Positions 1-13,700 of a stretch of 64,000 nucleotides of DNA are shown piece by piece. The stretch is taken from the NCBI RefSeq assembly GCF_006345805.1, contig NC_043018.1, forward strand, positions 16,244,001 to 16,308,000, written 5' to 3'. The notes below the pieces were generated by a model. The model saw nothing but the letters and a program-made list of their open reading frames with translations, had not been told where the DNA came from and ran no database searches. The position numbers were made by a program, and so were the translations under genes. Numbering within the stretch: position 1 is the stretch's first letter; each line of letters begins with the position of its first letter. The stretch is from Octopus sinensis (lineage: Eukaryota).

Positions 1-741
1 TGCCGAATGTCATTAAACTGGATTTAAAATTGTATCGTGTAGTATTTTTTTTATTCAGCGTTGTATTTCAAGTTATGTAAAAGTTATCTTGAATATATTG
101 TGTTTTTAAAGAATTCAATTTTCTAAAGAACAAGCCATAGTGAAATATTTTACCATAGATCAAAATTGGAACCAAGGAAAATATATTACCTAAAAGCATT
201 TGTTTCCATTATCTTTCAAAATTTGATTACCTTTAGCGGGTTATGATCGTTGAAATTCTTAGATTCTTGATCATTTGCTAAATTCTGTTCAGAGCATCTG
301 AATTCTTGAATTCAATATATTTTGGAAATATATAGTGTCTTTTTTTTTTCCTTTTAGTTCTTTTATTTTTCAAGAATGTGTATGGAAATGGTAGATGTAT
401 AAGAAGCCAGATGTCGGTAGCTAAAAGAAGAAGCTGTTGTGGTGCAGATAAGGGACATTGAATGGTATTGAACAGTGGTATTTTGTGCATACAAACTTCG
501 AACCTCACGAACGTTGATTTCATTTTTATCCTCCTGGGGACCGATGTAACAAAAACTAGAAAAGTACAGGGATATATTATATCCCTTTCAAAGTTTGACA
601 ACAGATCAGCAATTTTGAGGGAGAGAGCAATCAATTACATCAATCCCAGAACTCTAGGCAGCAACTGACGCTCTCGTCCTGATACTTCCAGCTTGTCGGC
701 AACCGTTGTTGCCGTCTTGCGTGTTCATTACCTAAAGAACA

Positions 742-842
742 GTTCGTTATCCGAGATACCGTTCGTTATCCGAGATACCGTTCGTTATCCGAGGGACCGT
801 TCGTTACGCGAGGGACCGTTCGTTACCGGACAAATTGTTCGT
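742..842 (+). repeat. 19-bp tandem repeat (gttcgttatccgagatacc), about 5 copies decaying rightwards
   Basis: Units start at 742, 761, 780, 799 and 818, with a partial unit at 837 and an echo gttcgtaaac at ~871. Confidence 0.85.
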
Positions 843-1105
843 AAACTGATTTTTTTTCATGATGAGAGGTGTTCGTAAACAAAAATCCCATTGTATTCGT
901 GGTTGTCTGACGGAAAAAAATTTTGGAAGCCCAAGGGTTAAGAGACAACACACAGGCAGAAAAGAGACGGAATATTGCAGGTTCATTTACGGAAATGAAA
1001 AAGTAAGGGACCAGCTTTAAGAGAAATACGGGTTGGTTAAGGATTCTGTCCTCATGTGACTGTCAGCAAATTGAGAGGTAATGGTCATCTCGGATGTAGC
1101 CTTTT

Positions 1106-1470
1106 CCATGCTGGAGCACCGCCTTTAGTCGAGCAAATCGACTCCGGGACTTATACTTTGTAAGCCCAGCACTTATTCTATCAGTCTCTTTTGCCGAACC
1201 GCTAAGTGACGGGGACGTAAACACACCAGCATCGGTTGTCAAGCAATGCTAGGGGGACAAACACAGACACAAAAACACACACACATACACACATATATAT
1301 ACATATATACGACAGGCTTCTTTCAGTTTCCGTCTACCAAATCCACTCATAAGGCATTGGTCGGCCCGGGGCTATAGCAGAAGACACTTGCCCAAGATGC
1401 CACGCAGTGGGACTGAACCCGGAACCATGTGGTTGGTTAGCAAGCTACTTACCACACAGCCACTCCTGCG

Positions 1471-1472
<2 letters not shown>
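1106..1472 (-). mobile_element. tRNA-derived SINE family A (internal CA/TA microsatellite)
   Basis: Head ggcgcaggagtggctgtgtggtaag..ggttccgggttcagtcccact has A/B-box-like motifs. Many further copies or fragments occur, e.g. ~5370-5610(-), 12590-12975(+), 16930-17080(-), 23700-23910(-), 37976-38110(+), 39380-39660(+), 53290-53440(+), 62530-62600(+). Confidence 0.85.
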
Positions 1473-1519
<47 letters not shown>

Positions 1520-1599
1520 GTATGTGTGTATACATATACGAATGCCTCTATAAATGTATAATTGTTTGTAAATGCGCGCGTGTGTGTATTTTTGTGTGT

Positions 1600-1631
<32 letters not shown>

Positions 1632-2765
1632 CAAAGTTTTAATTTGAGCAACCAACAAGGTGAAAGCTAAAATGATACAGAGCCGAAACATAAGATGAAT
1701 CAATAACAACAGCAAGAACCACAACCACAACAAGAACCTCAAGACTGCACATTAAAATAAAACAAGTTGAAATGAAAAGCTAACACCTGATTGGAATCAG
1801 AAATGGGCAAACAGATCCTTAGACCGACAACAATTTTAGTGTAAGTTCTCGCCAAGGTGTCAAGTTTTCATACAAAGCCCACCAATGGATTCGGGGCAAG
1901 TAAACAAGTGTAAAAATTTATGAGAAAACCGGAATAAATTGATTCCTGGAGAGTGCAGGAATCAATTTATTTTTATTAGTAGTAGTATTTATTAGTATTA
2001 TTATTATTAGTAGTAGTATTATGGATGTTGTGATATTGGTCAGTTCTGGAAATATCAACCATGACAAGCCAAAATATCGCAGTGAATAATGTGATAGCTT
2101 CAACGCGATACGTTTGAGGTACAGAATAGAATTTACACGTTCTTAATATGTGTTAGCAGAACTGAAGTATGGTTTGTCACGCTGGAGGGAAAATGAGGAA
2201 TATCGAACTGGACAGGAAGCGTATGGAATTAATGTGCATGCGTGTATGTATGTATGCATGTATGTATGTATGTATGTATGTATGTATGTATGTATGTATG
2301 TAGAATATAAATTATTCAGCGGAATAATAAATTTAATATTCTTTGGTGGTAATAATTTTTCAAGCATTTGTACATGTCCTTAAAAAAAAACCAGTTTTAC
2401 TTTCATTAGGATAACTTTCATCTTCTACTTGCGTTAGTCATTAGACTACGCCCTTGCTGGGGCACCGCCTTGAAGAATTTTTAGACGTTTGGATTGACGA
2501 GAGTGCATCTGTATTTGGTTTTTATGCCTGATAGTTATTTATCGGTTTCTTAGGACGAACGCTAAGTTACAAAGTTACACATTAACACGGTTGTCAAGCG
2601 GTGGTGACGTACAATCCCAGAGGTACACACACACAAACACACATATACAGTGCGTGTGTGCACGTGGCAAAATTAGTATAGGCAGCAGAGTGCAGTGTTT
2701 TACTAAAAAAAAAGGAAATCTATAAATGTCACTAAAAGTGACTAGGATATTAGAATGTGTACGGT

Positions 2766-3108
2766 GAAGGCGCATGGCTCAGCGGTTAAAAGGTCGGGCT
2801 CAGAATCACGAGCTTGTGAGTGCGATTCCCGCACCGGGCATATGTTGTGTTCGTCAGCAAGACACTTTATTTTCACGTTGCTCCAGTTCACTCAGCTGTA
2901 GAAATGATATCAGTGGTGCCGAGCTGTAGAGGTCCCTTTGCCTTTCCCTTGGATAACACCAGTGGCATGGAGAAGAGGGGAGATTGGTATGCCTGGGCGA
3001 CTGCTGGTCTCCCATAATCAACCTTACCCGAACTTTTGCTTTGGAAGGTAACTTTCCACGTGCAATCCCATGATCATTCATGACTGAAAGGGGTCTTTAC
3101 TCTTTACC
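2766..3108 (+). mobile_element. tRNA-derived SINE family D
   Basis: Head gaaggcgcatggctcagcggtta..gattccc, followed by gtgttc.tgagcaagacactttatttcacgttgctccagttcactcagc. Copies at 7955-8250(+) and 58584-58925(+), with a fragment at ~22925-23015. Confidence 0.8.
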
Positions 3109-3828
3109 CTACACACACATGATTTTTTTAAAAGCAGATCCCGAAATAAGGAAAGGAAAACTTAATCTTGGTAGAATTTGAACTCAGAGTGTTCAGATTC
3201 CAAACAATTACCTCAAGTTATCTGTGCCAATCCACTATCCAGTATTGATAAGTTTTTTTGCTGTTTTTTTTTATCGAATTAAAAAATTGTAAAGTAAGGA
3301 TGAGGTTGGTGGGATTTGAACTCAAAACTGAAAGAATCAGAACAAACAATCAATGGCATTCTAATCTGACGACCAACTGATACCTATTTCTTTATTGCCC
3401 ACAAAGGGCTAAACATAAAGGGGACAAACAAGGACAGACAAAGGGATTAAGTCGATTATACCGACGCCAAGTGCGTAACTGGTACTTAATTTATCGACCC
3501 CGAAAGGATGAAAGGTAAAGTCGACCTCGGCGGAATTTGAACTCAGAACCGCCAACTCACCGCCTTTTATATTCAATGGATATTGTCTGGTATTACGATG
3601 AAACAAATGTGGGAACTTCTGACAATCATGCTTTTCTAAAAGGCATTGAATTATTTGGAAAAATGAAATTCCGTCTCAAAAAAAAAAAAAAATAAAACTC
3701 GGTTACTATTCACTCCACTCACTCCTTTGTTGTTTTCTAACAAACAACAAAACAGTACAAAAACACCATCGAGCGAACATTATTATTATTATTATTATGA
3801 TTATCATTATTATTATTATTGTTGTTAT

Positions 3829-4068
3829 TCTGACAGACTCTCGGATAGATCTTAATTACCGGTTAATCTTTACTTGAAAGCAGACAATAACAAATCACCA
3901 AAGGTCTCAAGTAGTGCCTTCTCCTGTGACTAAAACACACTATACTCTCCTTAGAATGGAGCTGTACTCAACAATGCTATCTCCAAGATCACCTCGAGCC
4001 TGGTAGCAGCTCCAGTAGTCTTAATATGTCTTTTGATATTCCTTGGAAACTGCACCAAATGCTCCAAT
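3829..4068 (-). mobile_element. 3' end of a third R4/Dong subfamily, 5'-truncated, between TAA arrays
   Basis: The minus strand reads IIGAFGAVSKE, then after frameshifts KRHIKTTGAATRLEVILEIALLST..LRRV*, homologous to VIGALG..QKIVLMGTAHILRKIL of the large copy. The 3'UTR ends gtcagaataacaacaataat. (TTA)n lies on the plus strand on both sides. Confidence 0.72.
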
Positions 4069-4094
4069 TATTATTATTATTGTTATTGTTATTA

Positions 4095-4150
<56 letters not shown>

Positions 4151-4153
4151 TAC

Positions 4154-4225
4154 CTGTATCAAATCTTTTACTAAAGATGCTATGAACATATCATCTAATT
4201 TCATATCTTCATTTTCCAGAACGTC
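4154..4225 (-). CDS. Receptor guanylyl cyclase kinase-homology domain exon: DVLENEDMKLDDMFIASLVKDLIQ
   Basis: Acceptor tttgcag|GAC, donor CAG|gtaaat, 72 nt = 24 codons. Matches D.LENE...LD.MF..SL..DL of NPR-type GCs. The next expected exon (GM.YLH...HGNLKSSNC) was not found in 1-4153. Confidence 0.93.
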
Positions 4226-5054
4226 CTGCAAATAGAAATAATAGTTACTGTTGGTGATAGTAGTAGTAGTAACAGCAGCAGCAGCAATAGTAGTATAGTA
4301 GTAGTAGTGTAGTAGTAGTAGTAGTAGTAGTAGTAGGAGGAGGAGGTGGACAAAAAGGAGTCTCGTGCATCTAGAAATACTAATGAACGTATTTATTTAA
4401 TGTACGAACACAGTGACAGCTAAAATATCTTTGGGTATACACCTTCGTAATTATTAGGTTGAATTGTAAGCACCGCTGACATATCGGTAATTTGATCATT
4501 TATTAGCAAATATAACCAGGTATTCTGACATAGTAGTCTATATGCCTTTTCTGAAACAGAGGGGCCTGATAAGATATTTTTAGAGTTTAGTATTAAAATT
4601 GTTGCTATTCGTCGTGTAGTACTGTTTGTGCGTATTTCAGTGTAATGTTTAGGTGTATGTGTATGTGTGTGTGTGTATGCGTGTGTTCGTGCATGTGTAC
4701 GTGTGTGTGTGCATGCATACGCATGTATACGTTTGGGCGTGTCTGTGTGTGTGTGAGTGAGTGAGTGTGTGTTTGTGTGTATGTGTGAGTGAGCGTGTGT
4801 TTGTGTGTATGTGTGTTTGCACTTGTGCAAACGTGTGTGTTTCGTTGTGTGAGTGTGTGCGTGCCTGAGTGTGCATGCGTGTTTGTGTGTGTGAGTGAGT
4901 GTGTATGCATGTGAGTGTGTGTATGTGTGTGTGTATCTTTCGAATGCATTGACTCTAGAAGTGATTTTCTACAGCCTCATAGTTATTCTATGGGCCTTTT
5001 TTGACGAGCCGCTAAGTTACAAGGGTGAATCACGTCATTACCGCTTGTCAGGCG

Positions 5055-5361
5055 GTTGCTGTTGTTTGTTCCTTCTCGAGCCATGCTTGGCTCATAAGGA
5101 CTGGTTTCCTGGTTTCCTTGGCGTATAGGTTCCCCACCTGGACGGGACCCCGGTCCGTCGCAGGTGATCTGCAAGATGCAGGAGGAAAGAGTGAAAGTTG
5201 TGGCAAAAGAGTCAGCAGAAGTTCGCCATTACCTTCTACCGGCGCGGCGTGGAGCTTAGGTGTTTCGCTCATAAGCACACTCATTGCCCGGTCTGAGATT
5301 CGAACCGGCGATCCTTCGACCGCGAGTCCGCTGCTCTAACCACTAGGCCATGTGCCTCCAC
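5055..5361 (-). mobile_element. SINE with family-C head and a different 3' half ending in (CAA)n
   Basis: The head matches family C. The tail ctgcgacggaccggggtcccgtccaggtggggaacc..gaaggaacaaacaacagcaac recurs at ~41880-41995(+) and ~63850-63945(-). Confidence 0.7.
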
Positions 5362-5835
5362 TGCCAGGCATTAGTGGAGAACAAATACGAAACAAGACAA
5401 GCATATATATATATATAATATATATATATATAATATATATATATATATATACACGACAGACGTCTTTCCATTTCCGTTTACCAAATCCACTCGGAAAGTT
5501 TTGGTCGGCCCGAGGGTACAACAGAAGATCGTTGGCCAAGGTGCTACCCGGTGGGACTGAAGAGGGGACCATGTGATTTGGAAGCAAGCTTCTTACCACA
5601 GAGCCACGCTTATGGTCATATTGATTAGCTCTGCCAAGCCCTAAGGATCTATGTACAATGTGGTCTTAACGTGAATGAAAACCCTACGCATTTTTATCCA
5701 CGGGAAGGGGAACAACATAAAAAGAAAAAAACGTGACAGTAAAAAAAAAAATACTATAAATCGTTAAGTATCGATTAGAACCAGACTAAACTGGTTTGGG
5801 CCGGTTAAGTGGTAGTTAATAAGAGGCCGACTTAC

Positions 5836-5940
5836 CTGCAAACTTCCTTTCGAGCAGTATTCTGTAACGATGATGAAGTGCGGCGGATCGACACAAGCTC
5901 CGATGAAAGCGTTGACATTTCCGTGACGGATGTCCCGCAT
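5836..5940 (-). CDS. Receptor guanylyl cyclase kinase-homology domain exon: MRDIRHGNVNAFIGACVDPPHFIIVTEYCSKGSLQ
   Basis: Acceptor caccag|ATG, donor CAG|gtaagt, 105 nt = 35 codons. Matches the MR.LRH.N.N.FIGAC...IVTEYC.KGSLQ motif conserved in NPR-type GCs. Confidence 0.95.
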
Positions 5941-6021
5941 CTGGTGATAAACAAAAAGCAAAAGAAAATGGAGAACACATTATGCCTGTATGTCTGTGCG
6001 TATGTATACATGTATGTATGG

Positions 6022-6125
<104 letters not shown>

Positions 6126-6141
6126 CATCTATCTATCTATC

Positions 6142-6380
6142 TTTCTGTGATAACGATCCCTATTGATCAATTTTTTTGCTCTCCCCCCACCTTTTTATTT
6201 TTTTATTTTTTTTTATTTTTTATTTTTTATTAACCCCTCCCTTTATTTGTCCTCTTTCTTTCCTTTTACGATCCCTTTTGATCGAAAACCACCACTCCCT
6301 TTTTTTTACCCCCAAAAGAAAAGCTCTACCTTGTAATTTGTTCTATCTGTGTGCAGCCCTGTGTGGCTAATAAAGAAACA

Positions 6381-6382
<2 letters not shown>
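6142..6382 (+). mobile_element. Tx1/L1-like LINE, copy 1 (3'UTR only) in a (TCTA)n array
   Basis: Matches the 3' ~220 bp of the copy at 6415-7044 (ttctgtgataacgatccctattgatc ... tgtgcagccctgtgtggctaataaagaaacata). (TCTA)n on both sides. Confidence 0.8.
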
Positions 6383-6414
<32 letters not shown>

Positions 6415-7044
6415 GGAAGGAAGAGCTATTTTCATCATCCTTGTGGGTATGGCGAAAGAATGTATCTGGTGGACGCGTCTGAAAGGATTGGAGACAAACA
6501 CTTTCCTCTCTGGTAAATCTCTCATCAACTTCAAGTACCACTTGAAAAGGAAAGTGAGAGTAGAGAGGCAAGTTTTGTCTAGCGAATGTTTTAAAAAAAG
6601 ATGGGTGAATGTAGCAAGAATGGCACGTATGAATGACGAAGCCACCTTGAGCATGATCCTATGAACCCAGAAATTGAAAACAGAGAGTTGCTTATTTGGA
6701 AAAAAAAAGAAAAAAGAAATAAACATGTGACTCCATTGACCGAGGTTACCGTGGTCTTTTCCGTAGGCTTTTCTTTCCACGGGTAAACCTCACCTGTCCT
6801 CCCCTTTACACTTCATATTGACATTTCTGTGATAACGATCCCTATTGATCATTTTTTTTCCTCTCCCCCTTTTTTGTTAACCCCCTTTTTTTGTCCTCTT
6901 TCTCTCTTTTACGATCCCTTTTGATCGAAATCCCCTTCCTTTTTTTATTTTAAAAAAAATTTTTTTTTTAAACCTTCAAAAGAAAAGCTCTACCTTGTAT
7001 TTGTTCTATCTGTGTGCAGCCCTATGTGGCTAATAAAGAACATA
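6415..7044 (+). mobile_element. Tx1/L1-like LINE, copy 2 (ORF2 C-terminus + 3'UTR) in a (TCTA)n array
   Basis: ORF end ..[49 protein letters not shown] (stop 6662-6664) resembles the Tx1/L1-clade ORF2 C-terminus (AK..IW..R, ..ER......F..RW). T-rich 3'UTR, then AATAAA, then (TCTA)n. The clade assignment comes from motif recognition only. Confidence 0.75.
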
Positions 7045-7047
7045 CTA

Positions 7048-7098
<51 letters not shown>

Positions 7099-7128
7099 AT
7101 CTATCATCTATCTATCTTCTATCTGTCC

Positions 7129-7167
<39 letters not shown>

Positions 7168-7302
7168 CATCTATATATCCATCCATCCATCCATTCATCC
7201 ATCCATCCATCCATCTATCCATCCATCCATCCATCCATCCATCCATCCATCCATCCATCTATCTATCTTTATCATCTATCTATATATCTATCTATCTATT
7301 AC

Positions 7303-7682
7303 TTTGAAAGGATTGGAGGACAAACACTTCCTCGTCAATCTCTCATCAACTTCAAGTACCACTTGAAAAGGAAAGTGAGAGTAGAGAGGCAAGTTTTGTC
7401 TAGCGAATGTTTTAAAAAAAGATGGTGAATGTTGCAAGAATGGCACGTATGAATGACGAAGCCACCGCATAGTCCTATAACCCAGAAATCGAAAACAGAG
7501 AGTACTTATTGCAAAAAAAAAAAAAAAAAAAGAATATAAATGACTTCATGACCGAGGGTTACGTGGTCTTTTCCGTAGGCTTTTCTTTCCCGGTAAACCT
7601 CACCTGTCCTCCCCTTTACCCTTCATATTGACATTCTGATGATAACGATCCCTATTCTTCATTTTTTTTTTTTTTATCCTCT

Positions 7683-7717
<35 letters not shown>

Positions 7718-7767
7718 TTTTTTTTGTCTCTTTCTATCCTTTTACGATCCCTTTTGATCGAACCTCC

Positions 7768-7808
<41 letters not shown>

Positions 7809-7878
7809 CCATTCAAAAGAAAAGCTATATACTAATTTGTTCTATCTGTGTGCAGCCTGTGTGCTAATAAAGAAAATA
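7303..7878 (+). mobile_element. Tx1/L1-like LINE, copy 3 in a (TCTA)n array
   Basis: Collinear with ~6480-7044 and has the same 3' terminus, followed by tctatctac. Many homopolymer indels. Confidence 0.78.
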
Positions 7879-8269
7879 TCTATCTACTTTGTTCCATATA
7901 TATATATATATATATATATATGTTTGTGTGTTGTGTGTGTGTGTGTGTGTGTGTGAAGGCGCATGGCTTAGAGGCTAGAGCGTCGAGCATACGATCGTGA
8001 GGTTGTGAGCTCGAATCCCGTACCAGGCTGCGTGTTGTGTTCTTGAGCAAGACACTTTATTTCACGCTGCTCCAGTTCACTCAGCTACAGAAACGTCACA
8101 GGTGCCAAACTGTATCGGCCTTTCCCTTGGATAACACTGGTGGCGTGGGGCGACTGCTGGTCTTCCATAAACAGCCTTGCCCGGACTTGTGCCTGGGAGG
8201 GTACCTTTCTAGGTGTAGTCCCATGGTCAGTCATGACCGAAGGGGATCTCAGCATATATACATGAATGT

Positions 8270-8270
8270 A

Positions 8271-8321
<51 letters not shown>

Positions 8322-8613
8322 ATATAAATTGATAAATTTTTTCCACAGTTAGTAAATATTATGTCTAACATTTTCTTTTAATTCAACTCATTAATAAAAT
8401 AAATCACTATTTACTAGCAATTATGATTATATGTTAATAGAAATGGATATAATATATATTATATAAATATGAAATGATTCTATATTTTCTATCCCTATAT
8501 AAAATACTAATATTTTTTAATCCTTTAGAAAATTATCTAAAGTATTTTACTTACATTTCTTAATATTTACTTAAATTTCTTAAAATTCTAATATATATAT
8601 ATATATAATATAT

Positions 8614-8694
<81 letters not shown>

Positions 8695-9167
8695 TTTATT
8701 TTTTGTTTATTTGTTATTTATGTTTTAGTTTATGGCTATCACTGTTTGAGTTGTATAATATTGGTTTTATCTCTAATTTATATATGTATGTATGTATGTT
8801 ATGTATGTATGTATGTATGTATGTATGTATGTATGTATGTATGTATGTATGCACCTGACACTTCACATCTGGTTAACACTCTAAATCATGAGGTCTGCTT
8901 CTATATCCACATATATGTATGCATACGTGCATTCACATACACACACACACACACAAAAACACACATACCACACACGCACAGGTTGATAGACAGCATAAAC
9001 TGTTTGAATATCTTGTTTCCTGCAAACGTACAAGCTAAGTCTGCTTAGAAGTTTCATCTGCAAAAGGACAAAACATGTTTCGTAAAAACCGAACTTAAAA
9101 TCGGATTAGAATCTCCCTTTCTTTGGTGTCGTTCACTTCAGAAATTATACATAAAGAAACGTGTTAT

Positions 9168-9202
<35 letters not shown>

Positions 9203-9356
9203 AGGTTAACCATAAATGAAAACACAAGTAACTAAAGTTAAAAGAACGTACAAAATGAATGCATTTGACGCCGAGAGAAAGTTATAGACGGGGAAAAAAG
9301 AGGGCGTGTGCGTATATCTATGTATATGTATATGTATATGTATATATGTATATATA

Positions 9357-9392
<36 letters not shown>

Positions 9393-9495
9393 TGTATGTA
9401 TGTATGTATGTATGTATTTATTCTATCTATCATATATCTTCTTTCTTTCTCTCTCTCTCTCTATATATATATGTATACATATATATATATAACAG

Positions 9496-9526
<31 letters not shown>

Positions 9527-10590
9527 TAATATATATATGATATATATATATATATATATATATATACACCAACACATTATATATATACAGTTATATATAT
9601 ATATATATATATATAGATATTATTATAATATATATACTATATATTATATATATGTATGTATTAGTATATCCTGCCTCGCAGCTAATATATTGCCGTTCTG
9701 TGTCAAGTTCTTCGTTCAAAAGATACTATTTTGAAATTAGATTTAAATTTTCGCGTGAAGAGAGTCATATAGTCTCTGAGACAATCGTCTATAACCGTAC
9801 ACAGACACATACACATACATAAACACACGAACACATACAAATATATGTATACACACACATATATATATATATGCATACGTTCCTAACTGTATATATATTC
9901 ATAAATATATACATTTGTTTATGTGTGTATATATATGTGCGTGCGCGCGGGTGTGACTGTTTTAGTAGGTAAAATTAACGCTAGATATTAGCCCAGGGGT
10001 ATACATTGTATTAAAACTATAGATTATACGAAATATATACACGCTATCACATCTCTCTATAAGTATACACACACATACACCCTCCACACATATATACACA
10101 TATGCATACATATATACACACATATACATTTATATATAGATTGATATATATATATATAAACGCATACATACATATATATATATCGAAATACATATAAATG
10201 TATATATAAACATAAACACATACATACTGTAATATGATTTAGATACATACACACATATATGTATGAATATGTATATATATATATCTTAGTTATATGATAT
10301 ATATATATATGCAAATACATAAATATATATATGTGTGTGTATGTATGTACGTATGTATGAGAGTGTGTGCAGGTGTGTTTGTGTGTGTGTGCGCGCGTAT
10401 TGATAAGTATATATTGTATATATTGTATATATTTCATGATATGAATATTCGATGCATATGTATACACACACATACACACACACACACAACACATATAATA
10501 TATATATATATATATATATACATGCATATATATATATATATATATATATGTATGCATGTATATATATGTATAATATAATATGTATATATA

Positions 10591-10621
<31 letters not shown>

Positions 10622-10720
10622 CGTACACACACACACGCACACACTCGCACACACACACATGCAACAACCCCCCCAACACACACACATCAGAGAAAGACAT
10701 AAGCGACACACAGACAGACA
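8270..10720. repeat. Cluster of (TA)n/(TATG)n/(CA)n compound microsatellites, representative of many similar tracts in the window
   Basis: Direct inspection. Similar tracts at ~14950-15120, 16740-17660, 22430-22900, 26780-27290, 30990-31570, 37190-37340, 40110-40890, 44420-44930, 53460-53665, 54130-54360 and 57310-57650. Confidence 0.9.
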
Positions 10721-13700
10721 CCCTTACACATGCGTACATACCGCCATACTCTTCTGCAAATATCTATCGTTCGGTTATAAGTTGTCATAGTTGTATTTCC
10801 TGCTCAAAATGGCACAATACATTAAACATATGTATTGCGTTGGAACCGAGTGAAAGAATATATACTTCAGTAGAGTGTTCTGCGACGTATTATTACTGCA
10901 ACCATTTAGTTCCACACAGGTATTTATATATTTGCTTCTAAAACTCTATTATTTTCTGTGTAACTACCGTATGTATCTTATGTGTCGCTGAAATGTATTA
11001 CATTCCGCCTTTGGTAAAATTTATAAGATTTCTTCTAAAACTGCGGTTGTGCTGGATTAAATATCATGCTAGAATCGTTCGTACGCCGAACAAAATGCTT
11101 AGCAGCATTTCGGCCGTTTTTTACATTCTGAGTTCAAATTCCGCAGAGGTCCACGTTGCTCTTGATCTTTTCTTGGTCGAAGAAATATGTACCAATTGAG
11201 CACTTAGGCACGACTAGCCCCCACTCCAAAGAAAATTTCAGGCCTTCTGCCTATAATAGAAAGGATTATTGGTTTGAAATTTTGAGACAAGGCCAGAAAT
11301 TTTGGGGGAGGTTGCAAGTTGATTACTTCGACCCCATTGCTCAACTGGTAATTTATTTTATCGACCCTTAAAGGATGAAATGCAAAGTCAACCTTGGCGG
11401 AATTTGAACTCAGAACGTAAAGACGTTCTGCCAACTCGCCGTGTGAATTATTATTTGTTAATTCTGAAATCGGGTGTGATGGCAGAAATGTTGGCGCGTA
11501 GAACAAAATAATACGCTGTTATTGTTTCAGTGCAGCTGTTTACGCTTCGAGCTCAAATTCCGCTGAGGTTCTTTTTATGTTTTTCGTCCTTACGGCGTCG
11601 ATGAAAAATATGTACAAGTTGAACACTGAAGTCGATGTAATTGATTGACTCCCTTCTTCAAAATTTCAGGTCATTTTTCCTGTTGCATAAAGGATTATTA
11701 GGAGATGGTTAATCAGTCGGTGAGCAAGCAGAATCGCTTGCACGTCGGTCTAAATGCTTAGCGGCATTTTTGCACCTCTTTACGTTCTGAGTTCAAATTC
11801 CGCCGGGGTAGAACTTGCCTGTCATCCTTTCGAGCTCGATGAAGCAATATTTATCAGATGAATTGCTACCCTTGGACCAAATTTAGGAAGAATTATTAAA
11901 AAGACAAACTGGCAGAATCGTTAGGTTTCATAGAAAGGGTAATAAAGAAGTGATCGAAGGGTAATAGAGTGCTGGTACGAAATTATAATGGAGCGATTGA
12001 TTATTGATAGAATAGAGACCGAGGGATGATAGAAAGCTGATAGTGGGATGATAGAGTGGTGATAGAAAGTTGAAGGTGATAAAGTTCTTATAGACGGGTA
12101 ACAAGGCAGCAACAGAGAGATGATAGAAGAGGGAGAGAGACATGATAAGTAGTGATAGAGGTAACAGAAGACAATAGAAGGTGAATGATTAGAGATAGAG
12201 GAGCGGTAGAGTGGTGATAATAGATCTGTGAGTGTGGTGTCCTAACTAGGCAAGAAATTAAACTAATATACCATGAAGAGAAACGTTATTCCATAAATGC
12301 AAAAGTCTTGAAGATTTCATTGTTGTTCTCGGAGAGATTTTGAAAGATTTAGAAGTTGCATTGTGTATGGTTCGCGTTCTTGTTAGTACATTGCATTTAA
12401 GTGTACTTATTGTAAGTTTTACTGCTAGGAAAGAATTTCAAAAGTTAACAGCAACGTCTGGTTCGCTTCGCCAAGCATGAAATGAAAGAAAGCAAATCAC
12501 AAATTTTGGTGTCAGTCGAATGTTAAGTGGTTTAAAATTTGAATATAAAATATGAATGTAAAATATGCTTTATGGTAGCATACTTAGTAACCCCAGGTGC
12601 TGGCATAGCTGTGTGGTCAACAAATTCGCTTTTGTAGTCAAGTTTCGAGTTCAGCCCCACTGTGAAGTACTTTGGCAAGCGTCTTCTAATATAGTTCCAA
12701 GGTCGACCAATGCCTTATCAGTGACACCCGTCGTGTATACACACACACGCGCGCACACACACACACATGGGAGGGTGTATGAGTTTTTGCGTTATTCTCT
12801 CATTTAACGCTTGACGACTGCTGTTGGTTTCTTTACGTCCCCGTAACTTGGCGGTTTGTAAAAATATGCCGATAGTATAAGTATCGAAATTTTAAAATAA
12901 CCAGTACTTGGGTCCGATTTTTCGACTTAACTTTTGAAGGCGATGTCCCAGTATGGCCGCAGTCAAACTACTGAAACAAATACTGGATTTACGATTAAAA
13001 AAAAATCAGTTGGGAGAGTGTTAGACAGAAGATCTCAAGGTCCCTTGATCGACCCCAGTTTTGGCATTTTTATGCATTATACTTCAAGTGATGTAAATTG
13101 CGGTGCTACAGCATGGCCACAGCATTTGGGCTGCAACACAGAGGAAAAATAATGGGGAAGTAAATTTTTAAAATACAAACCAAACACAACACGTGTTTCA
13201 AAATAAATCATTCCCTTGACATACGGCCACAGATATATGGAGTGGTGGAGGCAGAGGTATAGATAAATAGGGTTCGTATAATAAATATATAGGGTAAGTA
13301 GAGAAATAAGTGCTCAGATGTAGTAAATATAAGAAGTTGTTTGAATAAATCTCAATATATTGCCGGAAGGGAGCAAGTAAAAATGTCCCCACTGGGCTTG
13401 CACTTTGCAGTATTGAATTAAAGCAGTCACTTAAAATTCACCCCTGTAGCGGCCAATCTATTTTAGTTGAACACTATACAGAGATGTTATCTGAGGATAA
13501 ATGCGGCAGTGTTTGGCCTATGAACAGTGTACATACAGTTAATTACGATACGTAGAGAGTTATTTTAATTAACTATTGCACCAGTTAATTATACTGGACT
13601 TATATTGAAGGGGGCAGGTATTTGCTACATCAGTGAATGATCTATTCACTTTTTCTTATATCAGGGAAATGAATTCTTGTCCGAGCGTGTGGCTAGCTGC

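Noticed and set aside
278-668. Candidate next guanylyl cyclase exon (acceptor ccccag at ~535 on the minus strand)
   Set aside because: No frame gives the expected GM.YLH/HGNLKSSNC/DFG motifs, so the next exon probably lies left of the window.
742-842. CRISPR-like appearance of the 19-bp repeats
   Set aside because: The units are head-to-tail with no unique spacers, there are no cas genes, and the context is eukaryotic.
3989-4231. 80-aa ORF with a poly-Asn tract
   Set aside because: It is the real 72-nt exon read through its donor into (AAT)n and a Dong remnant, not a separate protein.
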